A DNA stretch of 64,000 nucleotides from a virus: the IMG/VR virus record IMGVR_UViG_3300024262_003767; one strand, written 5' to 3'. The translations under genes and the position numbers were made by a program. Each line of letters starts with the position of its first letter. Position 1 is the stretch's first letter. Under the pieces are notes generated by a model. That model made no database searches, was not told where the DNA came from, and was given only the letters and a program-made list of their open reading frames with translations. Shown in pieces: positions 51,377-61,279 of the stretch.

Positions 51377-52078
51377 TTATAAAAATTTTCCTATTGTTTC
51401 TGATTCAATTTCAATATCTTTTACTGAATTAATAACAAGTATATTATAATCGATTACTAACATTTCAATATATTTATCTAATTCTTCTTCTGTTCCTAAC
51501 CCTTTTGTTGCGGCAAGATTTAAGATAACTTGAAATCCAGCATTGGACAAATCCTTTAAAGTTTCACCTACACAGTAATTAAGTGCTAATCCACCAACAA
51601 TAATTGTTGTTATATTGTGATAATTATAAAATTCAATCAACCCAGTCGAAATTTTACCTTCTTGATCGTGATAAACACTTGTGTAAGGGTGTAGGTGTGG
51701 ATCGACTCCCTTATTTACAATAAAGTTAAAATCTTCAATTTTACCAAGTTCATCAAGAATTTCCGAACCAAATGTTCCTGATTCACAATGCAAATTCCAA
51801 AACATATCAACATTTTTGTGTCCAACTATAGGTGTGAATTGAGGATTTTCTTCAGTTGCTACCCATAACGCATTTTTTGAGTGCATATCTCTTGATATGG
51901 TTTTAACAATTCCTATTAAATTTTGTTTTGCTAATTCTTTACCAATTAGGTGTCCATCAGGTACAGGTAGTTCATTAGGACAGAGTGGAGTAAATCCCTT
52001 TTGAGGGTCAACGTTGTGACTTGCTGTTCTTTCGCTAATCACTCTAATCTTATTCGTATTTTCAAAACTTATATTCAT
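51377..52078 (-). CDS. pncA: Nicotinamidase (PncA, isochorismatase family)
   Basis: VDPQKGF (Asp), NLHCESG, KGVDP (Lys), IIVGGLALNYCV (Cys), in PncA order. Confidence 0.8.
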   Translation of the reverse strand: MNISFENTNKIRVISERTASHNVDPQKGFTPLCPNELPVPDGHLIGKELAKQNLIGIVKTISRDMHSKNALWVATEENPQFTPIVGHKNVDMFWNLHCESGTFGSEILDELGKIEDFNFIVNKGVDPHLHPYTSVYHDQEGKISTGLIEFYNYHNITTIIVGGLALNYCVGETLKDLSNAGFQVILNLAATKGLGTEEELDKYIEMLVIDYNILVINSVKDIEIESETIGKFL

Positions 52079-53033
52079 AATATTTTATTTATTTTTATGT
52101 TACAAAAGTAATACTTTTTTTAATAATAAAAAAATTGTATTGTTAAAGAATAACAATACAATTTTTATTCGTGAATTCTTTTAAAGTTTTCAATATATTT
52201 AGACATATTTACGGAGCCTATAATATTTTGAGTGTGAATTATACATATTGGTAATTTTTCATTATTATCAATACAGTAATCACACAACCATTTGACACAC
52301 TCCATACCTGTTTTTTCGGTGTATTTTGAGTAATCAACATCATCTTGATTTAATAAATATTGATAATGTTCATCTGCTAAATCGTGATCAAAACTAATCA
52401 TTTGAGGTAAACCATTTAACTCAATACATTTAATAAATTGATCGTAAGACCTAACAATAACCCAATCGAGATTTATATAGTCCATATTTTGTGTATAGTA
52501 ATATGCGTCCTCATAATTTCCATGAGGGGAATATGGAACTCTTTCATCATCTAAAAACAAATTGTACATAATTTTACCTTTTAAGTGTGCTAAATTAATA
52601 AAAAAAATTGGAATAAAAAATTACAGTTTCTGTAACATAGTTATTATTTCGGTTAATGTTTCATCGTAATTGAGAATTCTTTTGTGTAAACTCTCATATC
52701 TTTCGTGGAAAAAGACATCACGATTTTTTACTGTAATATATGTGTCGTCTTTTTTGAAATTTATCTTAAATTGGTAGTTTCTATTATCATACTCAATATT
52801 ATGAATAACTTCATTATATTGAAAATCTCTCCACGTTCTACTAAATCTAGTTTTAATAACAAATTTGCATGGTTCATTTTTAAAAACCTTATTTAGATTT
52901 TCCAGTTCAATACGTATATGTCGTCCTCTTTGGTTATACATATTATATTCATCTATTTTTGTTATCATAATCACTATATATAAAAAAAACCTCCCAAAAA
53001 ATTGAGAGGTTTTTTAAGATTAAACATTAAAGT

Positions 53034-54539
53034 TTACTTCTTATCAGGTTTTTCAGTTTTTTTGGTTTTTGCTTTTTCTTCAAGCAATTTAACCATATCT
53101 GCATTACCTTCTAAGAATCCAGGCATATTCTGACCAACCATTTTAAAAGCGTCATCCATTGGAGGAACAGATTTTAAAAGGTTTGTCAACCAATTAGAAG
53201 TAGATGATCCAGCACCTTCACCACCATTACCAGTATCCCAAACTGTGATGTTATCAAATTTAATTTCTTTGATAGCTTCAACTTGAGTTCTAATAATTTC
53301 TGGAAGTTTGTCTGCAATCATCATTTGGACAGCCTTATCAGGATCACCACCCGCTGCACTTACATAAGCGGCAAAACCTTCGGCTTGTTTTGTCATTTGT
53401 TCAAACGTACCACGAGCCTGAGCATCCATCATAAAGAATACTCCATCAGCCTTACCTTTTTCAACTCTACGAATTCTTTCAGCTTCAGCCTCAGCATCTA
53501 CTTCAATTTTTTCTTTTTGAATCTGTGCAGGTACAACAATATCAGCGAATTTTTGAGAACGTTCTCTTTCTGCTCTCGCATCTTCAGCGATTTTCTCAGC
53601 TTTGTATGACTCTTCAAGAGCGTTTGCTGATTTTGTTTTTTGAGCAACGACAATTTTACGATCAGCCTCAGCTTCGGCTTCTCTCCTACCAGCAATAGAA
53701 TTTGCGATTTCAATAGCCGCTTTATTTTCACCATCAACAGCAGTTGAGTTAAAGGCTGCAGTATCAATTCTCATATTCTTATCTGCTTCTTTTTCACCAA
53801 TAACGGCTCTTGAATTAGCAGATGCGACTTTAATTCTTTGCTCTCTTTGAGCCTCAGCGACACCAATATCCCCATCTCTATCTTTCTCAGCAACTGATTT
53901 CTTTGCTTCGTTAATAGCCTGAGCCGCAGCTTCTTTACCAAGAGCCTCAATATAACCAGATTCATCATCAATATCTTTAATATTAACGTTGATAAGTTTC
54001 AAACCAACTTTCTTAAGTTCGTTTTCAACATTATCTTGAATCTTACTCAAGAAAGCGTCACGGTTAGCGTTGATTTCTTCAATAGTAAGAGTTGCGATAA
54101 TCGCCCTCATTTGACCAAAAATAATATCCTGAGCCAACGCTACGATTTGTGTATCTTGAAATCCCAACATTCTTTCAGCGGCATTAATTTTGAATTCATC
54201 TTCTGATGAAATCGCAACGGTGTACGTTGAAGGAACATTTACACGAATATTCTGATTCGAAAGTGCAGATTTCAAATCAACTTCAAAAGACATAGGTTTC
54301 AGAGATAAGAACTTGTATTCCTGAATGATAGGCCAAACAAATACACCACCTCCGTGATATACTCTGGCGCTGGCGTGTCCTGACCGTCCTTGTGAGTCGG
54401 CTTTTCCCTTCACACGCCCATATACAACTAAAAGTTGATCAGAAGGGCACCTTTTATATCTTGCTTTAAAAGTAAAGAAGAATGCGAAAAAGGCAATCGC
54501 TGCTAATCCAATGATAATAGCAATCGAAAATGATACCAT
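53034..54539 (-). CDS. SPFH/band-7 flotillin-like protein (YqiK type) with a long Ala/Glu-rich coiled-coil tail
   Basis: N-terminal TM helix, SPFH core, EA-rich repeats AEAEADRKIVVAQ..., 501 aa. Confidence 0.85.
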   Translation of the reverse strand: MVSFSIAIIIGLAAIAFFAFFFTFKARYKRCPSDQLLVVYGRVKGKADSQGRSGHASARVYHGGGVFVWPIIQEYKFLSLKPMSFEVDLKSALSNQNIRVNVPSTYTVAISSEDEFKINAAERMLGFQDTQIVALAQDIIFGQMRAIIATLTIEEINANRDAFLSKIQDNVENELKKVGLKLINVNIKDIDDESGYIEALGKEAAAQAINEAKKSVAEKDRDGDIGVAEAQREQRIKVASANSRAVIGEKEADKNMRIDTAAFNSTAVDGENKAAIEIANSIAGRREAEAEADRKIVVAQKTKSANALEESYKAEKIAEDARAERERSQKFADIVVPAQIQKEKIEVDAEAEAERIRRVEKGKADGVFFMMDAQARGTFEQMTKQAEGFAAYVSAAGGDPDKAVQMMIADKLPEIIRTQVEAIKEIKFDNITVWDTGNGGEGAGSSTSNWLTNLLKSVPPMDDAFKMVGQNMPGFLEGNADMVKLLEEKAKTKKTEKPDKK

Positions 54540-54567
54540 AATTTTAAAATTTAAATGTTAATAATTA

Positions 54568-55134
54568 TTAATTTGATTTACTTACTTTAACTAAATTATC
54601 TGTGATAAATTCAGTTACAATTACTTGTGAATTTGTATCAATTTTTTCACCAGTTTCTGAAAGAGCGTCAATAGTTCTCAATGCGCCACGAATGGACATT
54701 TGAATTTTTCCTCTCTTATCTTTTCCTGGTATAACCAGATACACGGTTGCAGGTTGTTTCAATACATCATTTTTATCGATGTCATTTGGTGTTGCTTGAA
54801 GTTTTTTGAAACCGAACATAATAGATGCGAAGATGATAGTTAGAACTAAACCAGAACCAACCGAAATTATAATTGATAGCCAAGTATTATAACCTTGTTC
54901 AATGCAAAAAACACCTACCCAACCAAAGAATGCTAAAAAATTAATCAAACTTCTTAGAGTAAATGCTTCACCCATTATACCACTTGCACCATCAACATCA
55001 AAATCACCATCTACGTCACCTATACCATCAGCATCCATATCTGAATCCATTCCGAAAAAGGCAGAACCATTCAAAAATAAAAAAATCGCACCGAATACGA
55101 TTGCGATGATGTAAAATACTGTTAAAAGTGTCAT
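54568..55134 (-). CDS. NfeD-like membrane protein (partner of SPFH)
   Basis: N-terminal TM helices and a C-terminal OB-like beta domain (ATVYLVIPGKDKRGKIQMSIRGALRTIDA...VIVTEF); sits immediately upstream of the SPFH gene. Confidence 0.65.
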   Translation of the reverse strand: MTLLTVFYIIAIVFGAIFLFLNGSAFFGMDSDMDADGIGDVDGDFDVDGASGIMGEAFTLRSLINFLAFFGWVGVFCIEQGYNTWLSIIISVGSGLVLTIIFASIMFGFKKLQATPNDIDKNDVLKQPATVYLVIPGKDKRGKIQMSIRGALRTIDALSETGEKIDTNSQVIVTEFITDNLVKVSKSN

Positions 55135-55720
55135 TTGTGTTAATTTAGAGATTAAACTTAATTATTTATCTGTATTTCTTAGTAATCGAAAAATAAAAAG
55201 TTTAGAAATTTTAATTAAAATCACTAAACTTTTATACCCCATAAGGGTTTTTGATCACCTTTCAGTTATAAATTATATTTATCCATTTGATCCATTTGAT
55301 CTTTCACATTCTTTCTCAAATCATCCAAATTTGTGAGTTGTTGTCTTGGATGACGAATTTTCAGTCTATCAGATATTGCATCCAATATAAAAGGTTCTAT
55401 ATCTTGATATCCTTTATTTTCTACCATATCACTAATATCTTTTGGTAACCAAATTTGATAATATTTAAGTTCACTATCAAAATTTCCTCTTGCTTGCAAT
55501 CCTTGTATATTAGACATTCCTTGACGGTCTTTATTAATTTTTATCATCTTTTCAATACCTAGAACTTTTTTAAATCTACCATCTTTTTCTTCAATAAATT
55601 CAGGTCTTGCCACAAAAGCAAATAAGTCATGTTCTTTACTATTTGGATTCATATCAAATAGTTCTTGAAATACTTTTAAATCTTCTTCACTATATCCTTC
55701 AAAATATTTTAAATGTTCCA

Positions 55721-56407
55721 TTATATTACGTTTATTTCATTAGCCATACAAACTTCACCATAATCTTTGATAAGTTTGTCCATATCATCAAATGAGATAT
55801 ATGCAAATCCTTTTTTACCCCATTCTCTACCCCAAGAATTTTTAATTCTTATTAGTTTCTTTTTAACATTAACACCATCTAATAAATATGCGTGTCCGCC
55901 CATTTTATTTCCTGTTGGAGTTATAATACCTTCACTATTTGGAAAAAACATATCATAGTACCACCAAGTACCAACAACAACAGGACCTAATGTTAATAAT
56001 GCGTTTACTGTTGTGTCAATATCCCAAGCCCAATTATATCCATTAATATACCCTGCAGATTGTAAAACTTTAGCACCAGCTCTAACACTAGTTCCATCAT
56101 AATCTTCACCAGGCCAACGATCTATCTTTTGTGCTTCATTATATAAATATTCTGTATCATAAGGTGCTACTCCACCTTTTCTACTTGCTTTTTGTGTTAT
56201 TGGACCAGAGGCTAACCAATGTATCCAACTAAATGCAACACAATGAGGTTTATAACCTTGATTTCCCCACCATCCATTTGTCCACCAATATTTATAATCT
56301 ATACCTGGTAATTTTTTAGGTAGCATTGAACTAATTAGGAATTGATGATCCCTATCATCAGGTTTTATAAATCTACCTAATCTTGATTTTAATTGATTTT
56401 CATTCAT
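55721..56407 (-). CDS. Papain-like cysteine peptidase (C1 family)
   Basis: QGYKPHCVAFSWIH (Cys region, cf. QGSCGSCWAFS), GGHAYLLDG (His), NSWGREWGKKGF (Asn/Trp). Confidence 0.75.
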   Translation of the reverse strand: MNENQLKSRLGRFIKPDDRDHQFLISSMLPKKLPGIDYKYWWTNGWWGNQGYKPHCVAFSWIHWLASGPITQKASRKGGVAPYDTEYLYNEAQKIDRWPGEDYDGTSVRAGAKVLQSAGYINGYNWAWDIDTTVNALLTLGPVVVGTWWYYDMFFPNSEGIITPTGNKMGGHAYLLDGVNVKKKLIRIKNSWGREWGKKGFAYISFDDMDKLIKDYGEVCMANEINVI

Positions 56408-56431
56408 AGAATGTGATTTTTATTCTATATA

Positions 56432-57583
56432 TTAAAATTCAGAATTATAAATGGATTTGTAAAATTTACCCCAATTAAAATACTTATCCATTGTTTGAAA
56501 TATATCATCAAGAGTTATCTTATGAATAAGGTGTTCCATACTCCAACATTCAGGTTCAATATATTTATTGACATTTGCGTGTCTTAATATGTCGTTCTTT
56601 TTTAGTTTAACTAAAAAATTATCTTTAATAATATCAAATCTATCTTGTGTCAAATAAATTTCTTTATTACTTAATACTTTACCTATTTCTTCTTGCAAAT
56701 GCTCTACATTCTTATTTGAAGTCTCAGTTAAGATTGTAACAACTGAAGATGTATTATTTAATTTTTGGTTAATACATTGAACATAATATGCTAATCCTGA
56801 TTTTTCTCTAATTTCTTGATATAGTGGAGAATTTAATCCAGAACCTAACATACTACAAGTATAACTAATTAATGGAAAATCTTCAGTTGCAACATTTGAA
56901 ATATTTATAATTGATTGTTTATTTTTATATTCGTTAATTAACTCTAACGGCACTAAACCTTCGGGTATAATGATATCATCATTAGTTCTAATTCCAAATG
57001 TTTCCGTTTCGATAAATTTGAATGGGGTATTTATAATACTATCTCTAAAATCAACATTAAAATCAAAATCATTGTTTTTAGATACATTAATTATCATTGT
57101 AGGTTTCTTATAGAAAAGATTTAAATATTCTTTACAATCATCTAAAGTGAAATTTTCTATATCACACCTTAATCCTATTGGGTGATAATAACCAAACATT
57201 TTTCTATTTAAATTTAGAAAATGGTTATTCATCTGTTCATTAAATGAATCTTTATATTCTTCCAAAACAATTTTTTTCTCATTTTCTAATTCTTCTTCTG
57301 TTGGATCATAAGATAGAATCAATTCTAGAAATTCATATTTATATTTATTAACATATTCATCCAATCCATTCATATAAAAAACTACTTCTGTATTAGATGT
57401 ATATGCGTTCCAAGCGACACCATATCTTTGAAAATCATCTTGTAAATGTTCAAATGACTTACAAATTAAATGCTCACAGATATGGGAGGCTCCAAATGTT
57501 CCAACTTTTTCTACCATTGTAGATCCATCAAATATTATATAAAATGAGGATAATTCTATTTCACTTTTAATGTTTTTTATCAT
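56432..57583 (-). CDS. M16 (pitrilysin) family metallopeptidase-like protein
   Basis: Inverted zincin HICEH (HxxEH) followed by GVAWNAYTSNTEVVFY (cf. NAFTSREHTVYY). Confidence 0.7.
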   Translation of the reverse strand: MIKNIKSEIELSSFYIIFDGSTMVEKVGTFGASHICEHLICKSFEHLQDDFQRYGVAWNAYTSNTEVVFYMNGLDEYVNKYKYEFLELILSYDPTEEELENEKKIVLEEYKDSFNEQMNNHFLNLNRKMFGYYHPIGLRCDIENFTLDDCKEYLNLFYKKPTMIINVSKNNDFDFNVDFRDSIINTPFKFIETETFGIRTNDDIIIPEGLVPLELINEYKNKQSIINISNVATEDFPLISYTCSMLGSGLNSPLYQEIREKSGLAYYVQCINQKLNNTSSVVTILTETSNKNVEHLQEEIGKVLSNKEIYLTQDRFDIIKDNFLVKLKKNDILRHANVNKYIEPECWSMEHLIHKITLDDIFQTMDKYFNWGKFYKSIYNSEF

Positions 57584-58111
57584 AATATTCTTTTTAATTT
57601 TATTTTACGAATTCTTTTTTCTATTTCTCTTAATTGTTTATCTGATATTTCACCTTTATCTATCTTACTTAAATATACATCAAATAGTGCTTCATCAGGT
57701 TCTTTACCTGTATATCCTAAAACACAATGTTTAAAGGCTTCTAATATTTCTTCACCATTTTCAACCTTTTTAATGTCACCATGATGATTATAATACACAT
57801 CCCCATTATTTCTAAATTCGAGTAATGGTTTATCTATTCCATTAATTGTGAATACTACTCCTGGAGTTAATCCTATCACATACCTAATATTTTTTTATAA
57901 TATTCTGATTGAATATTTTTTAATGAGCCATATAATTTATCTAAAAAATCTATTCTATCTTCAAGATTATCTATTTCTTCATCTGAACCATCTGTTATTT
58001 TTTCATCAAGTTCATCTCTAGTCTTTTTTACTTCTTCCATTAAATCTTCTAAACTAATATAAGGTTTCCCATCATCCCCACGCATTGTTTTTAACATATA
58101 TTCTATTATTT

Positions 58112-61100
58112 TTAAAAATCTGTTATCAAAGATGATATCAAATTATCATTTTTCTTAACAGTTATTAATCCATCATAATTTATTGGATGAACATGCTCAA
58201 TTATAATAATTTTATCAATTTTATTTTTTATTTCGTCTAATAGTTCAATAAATTCCATAACAGATTTTTCATATAATTTGCCCATAATCTCATCAAGAAT
58301 AATAAAATTAGGTCTTGATTTTACATTAATTTGTCTTAATGCAATTTTTAATGTTAATGCACAAAATGTTCTTTCTTTACCTGATGATTCGATTGCATTT
58401 TGTGAAACATCTAATCTATCATCCATACTTAATTTTAAAATTAAATCATCATTAAAGAATAATGTAAAATCAACATTAGTCAATAAGTCGTTCAATTCTT
58501 TATTTATTAGATGTATAGATTTTTTTAGAAGATAAGTAGGAATACCGTCTCTGGATATACATCTCTGGTACTCTTTCATTAGTTCTTCTTGCTTTTTTTG
58601 TTGAATAAATTTCTCAATTCGTGATTGAATATCTTCTATTGATTTTTCTAATAATGCTATTTCTTTTTTAATTTCAGATATTACTATATATTTTTCATCA
58701 ATATTACTTTTCAATTCTAAAATATACACATCTTTATCATCAATGTCTAATTGAGTTTGTTTATTTTCCTCAATTTGTGATTCATACATTTTAAAATTAT
58801 TAATAGTTTGTTCTATTTCTTTAATCTTCAAAAGATAATTATCAATATTTAATGTTAGTTTTTCTTTTAAATTGACTTTATCTTTTCTTAGTTCGTAATT
58901 TTCTTTAATTTTTTCTTCATGTTGAATATCATCTTCAATAGATTCAATATTTAATGATTTTAACTCGTTTTCAAGATTTTTAATTACCGATAAATTGTCA
59001 TTTTTATCTTTATCTAATTTTTTCAATAACATTTTACCTTTATCAAATTTATTTTTTAATTCTTCATTAATTGATAAATCATTATTTTTTAATCTTTCAA
59101 TTAACGATTCAATCATTAATATTTCATTCTCAAGATATTTAGTATCTTGAAGAACGTTTAATTCTGATAATATTTCTTCGTCATATTCACCACTTGTTAA
59201 TTTATCTCGTTTTAATCTGAGAGTCTGAATTTTTTCCTCTAATTCGGGTATAATAGGTGTTAAATCTTTATATTCCTCAATTAAATCCTTTATTTTAATA
59301 GTATTAATTTCTATATCATGTTCTAATGTTTTAATCTTTTCTTGAATGTGTTCTAAATGATCGGGTGTAGATTCGTCATAATCTCTACCACATGCAGGAC
59401 AAAAACTTGAATTTTTAAATTCTTCAATTTCTTGAAGTTTCTCATCATTTCGTGATTTTAAATTTGAACCATCTTTTTTCAGATTTCTAATTTTATTTTC
59501 GAGATTAATTTTTTCAAGTTCATTCTTCTTTATCTCATCTTTAATTGATATTATTTTTGAGTTTATTATACTCAATTTTTCACTTTCAACATTAGAAATT
59601 TCTTTTTCTTTAATGTTAATTTTGTCTTTTAAATTATTAATTTCTTTATCTCTAAACTCTCTAAGTTTTTGTTTTACTTTATCAACCTTCGTATCAATTT
59701 CATTATTATTTGTTTTAACTGATGATATTTCTTCTTTTATTTTTGAAATTTTATCATTAGTTAATTTTAATTTATCTTTTAAATTGTTAAGTTTATCTGG
59801 CTCAAATTTAGAAGGTAATTCATTTATATCTCTATCATAGATACTTATTTGTACTTTATTATCATCAATCTTTTGATTATAATTTGATAATGTATTATTT
59901 GAAATATTCAGATCAAAATTGATCATCGATTCATCAATTTTATTTAATTTTTTAATTAAATTATCTCTTAAAGAATTTTCACTATCCAATTCTAATTTAA
60001 AATCTATAATCAATTTCTTTTGTTCTTTTATCGTATTTTTCTTCTCTTCTATTACATTTACGATTTCAGAAATCTCTTGCTCTGATTGACTAACATCAAC
60101 TATAATTTTTTCAATGTTGAGATCTTTTTTATAATCTTTATATTCATTTTGTTTCTTTTCAAAAATATCATAACCAGCATCTCTAATGATGCTATCCATA
60201 AACACACTTCTATCAGCAGATAAAAGTTCATTCAAATTATCTGCATTAGTTAATGATATTCTAACAAAATCTTTAAAATCACCAAGAATAAGATCTAATT
60301 TCTTTTGAGTTTGAGTTTTTCTTTCACCAGTTTGTTTATTCTTTTCTTTTATTTCTTCAGTATCATAATAGTCCACATTGGTAGAACAAGATTTTATTTC
60401 TCCACTTCTATTTTCATCTCGTTCAGTTTTTCTCAAAATTGTAATTTTTTCACCATCAATATCTAAAACAGCGCCACCTGAACATTTATTTAATTTTCGT
60501 TTATTGTTAATATATCTATTATCACCGTGTTTTTCTCTTTTTACGGTAGTTGTGGTTGTACCATAAAGAATATATGTTATAACATCTAAAATAGTAGTTT
60601 TTCCTTGTTGGTTTTCACCATGAATTTGTATGATACCATTTAAATCTTTCCAATCAATTTTATTTTTATCACCAAAAACTCTAAAATTATCAAACCAAAA
60701 TTTTTCAATTTTCCACTCAATGTTAGTTTTTTGTTCTTTAATCTCTAATCTATCATTAATTAAATCATCAATTTTTAAAATTTCATCAATATCATTTTTT
60801 TTATATCCTTGTTCTTCAAGATATTCTTTAAATATTTTACGTTGAGTTTCAACATTTGTTAAATCTAATGTTTCAGATAACATTTTAGATGAAACCATAT
60901 CTGTATAAATGTATGTTTTATCAAATTTTACTTTGGTTGAATCATATTTATTTTTAATAAAGTTTCGTATTTTTCTTTCATTTTCAGTATTGATGTTGGA
61001 ACTTAAATCTTTCCAATGCACTTTAAATTCAGGAAAATTTCCAATTCTTTCATTTGTGTGTAATGTCAAATTATCATAATCTTCACCTTCATTGATATAT

Positions 61101-61279
61101 AAATTGATAAATGTATATTCATTAAGAATATCTATTTCTTCAACTCTAAAGTCAGTTTTACTTTTTATATCCCAAACCAAAAATCCATGTTTATCAACAT
61201 CTTCACCAAATGATTGTTGAACTGGACTACCAGGGTAACCAATAGTTGGTATTTTTTTCTTTATTTTTATTTTAGACAT
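58112..61279 (-). CDS. sbcC: Fusion ORF: C-terminal half of SbcD/Mre11 (about 190 aa, starting ..IGYPGSPVQQSFGED) joined in frame to SbcC/Rad50-type ATPase (Walker A, coiled coil, CxxC hook, signature/Walker B)
   Basis: IGYPGSPVQQSFGED matches SbcD VRYCGSPIPLSFDE just after motif V; Rad50 N-lobe IEKFWFDNFRVFG...GENQQGKTT; zinc hook SSFCPACG; C-terminal IIILDEIMGKL. Confidence 0.8.
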   Translation of the reverse strand: MSKIKIKKKIPTIGYPGSPVQQSFGEDVDKHGFLVWDIKSKTDFRVEEIDILNEYTFINLYINEGEDYDNLTLHTNERIGNFPEFKVHWKDLSSNINTENERKIRNFIKNKYDSTKVKFDKTYIYTDMVSSKMLSETLDLTNVETQRKIFKEYLEEQGYKKNDIDEILKIDDLINDRLEIKEQKTNIEWKIEKFWFDNFRVFGDKNKIDWKDLNGIIQIHGENQQGKTTILDVITYILYGTTTTTVKREKHGDNRYINNKRKLNKCSGGAVLDIDGEKITILRKTERDENRSGEIKSCSTNVDYYDTEEIKEKNKQTGERKTQTQKKLDLILGDFKDFVRISLTNADNLNELLSADRSVFMDSIIRDAGYDIFEKKQNEYKDYKKDLNIEKIIVDVSQSEQEISEIVNVIEEKKNTIKEQKKLIIDFKLELDSENSLRDNLIKKLNKIDESMINFDLNISNNTLSNYNQKIDDNKVQISIYDRDINELPSKFEPDKLNNLKDKLKLTNDKISKIKEEISSVKTNNNEIDTKVDKVKQKLREFRDKEINNLKDKINIKEKEISNVESEKLSIINSKIISIKDEIKKNELEKINLENKIRNLKKDGSNLKSRNDEKLQEIEEFKNSSFCPACGRDYDESTPDHLEHIQEKIKTLEHDIEINTIKIKDLIEEYKDLTPIIPELEEKIQTLRLKRDKLTSGEYDEEILSELNVLQDTKYLENEILMIESLIERLKNNDLSINEELKNKFDKGKMLLKKLDKDKNDNLSVIKNLENELKSLNIESIEDDIQHEEKIKENYELRKDKVNLKEKLTLNIDNYLLKIKEIEQTINNFKMYESQIEENKQTQLDIDDKDVYILELKSNIDEKYIVISEIKKEIALLEKSIEDIQSRIEKFIQQKKQEELMKEYQRCISRDGIPTYLLKKSIHLINKELNDLLTNVDFTLFFNDDLILKLSMDDRLDVSQNAIESSGKERTFCALTLKIALRQINVKSRPNFIILDEIMGKLYEKSVMEFIELLDEIKNKIDKIIIIEHVHPINYDGLITVKKNDNLISSLITDF

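Noticed and set aside
52165-52569. Possible receiver-like or RNA-repair-associated domain (LFLDDER ... DHDL motifs)
   Set aside because: Motif recollection too vague to support a family call; left as hypothetical.
53498-53971. Two 66-89 aa minus-frame ORFs (53498..53767, 53771..53971) and a plus ORF (53283..53609) inside the SPFH gene
   Set aside because: Low-complexity K/L/Q-rich translations generated by the GAA/GCT-rich coiled-coil coding repeats of the flotillin-like gene. Alternative-frame artefacts.
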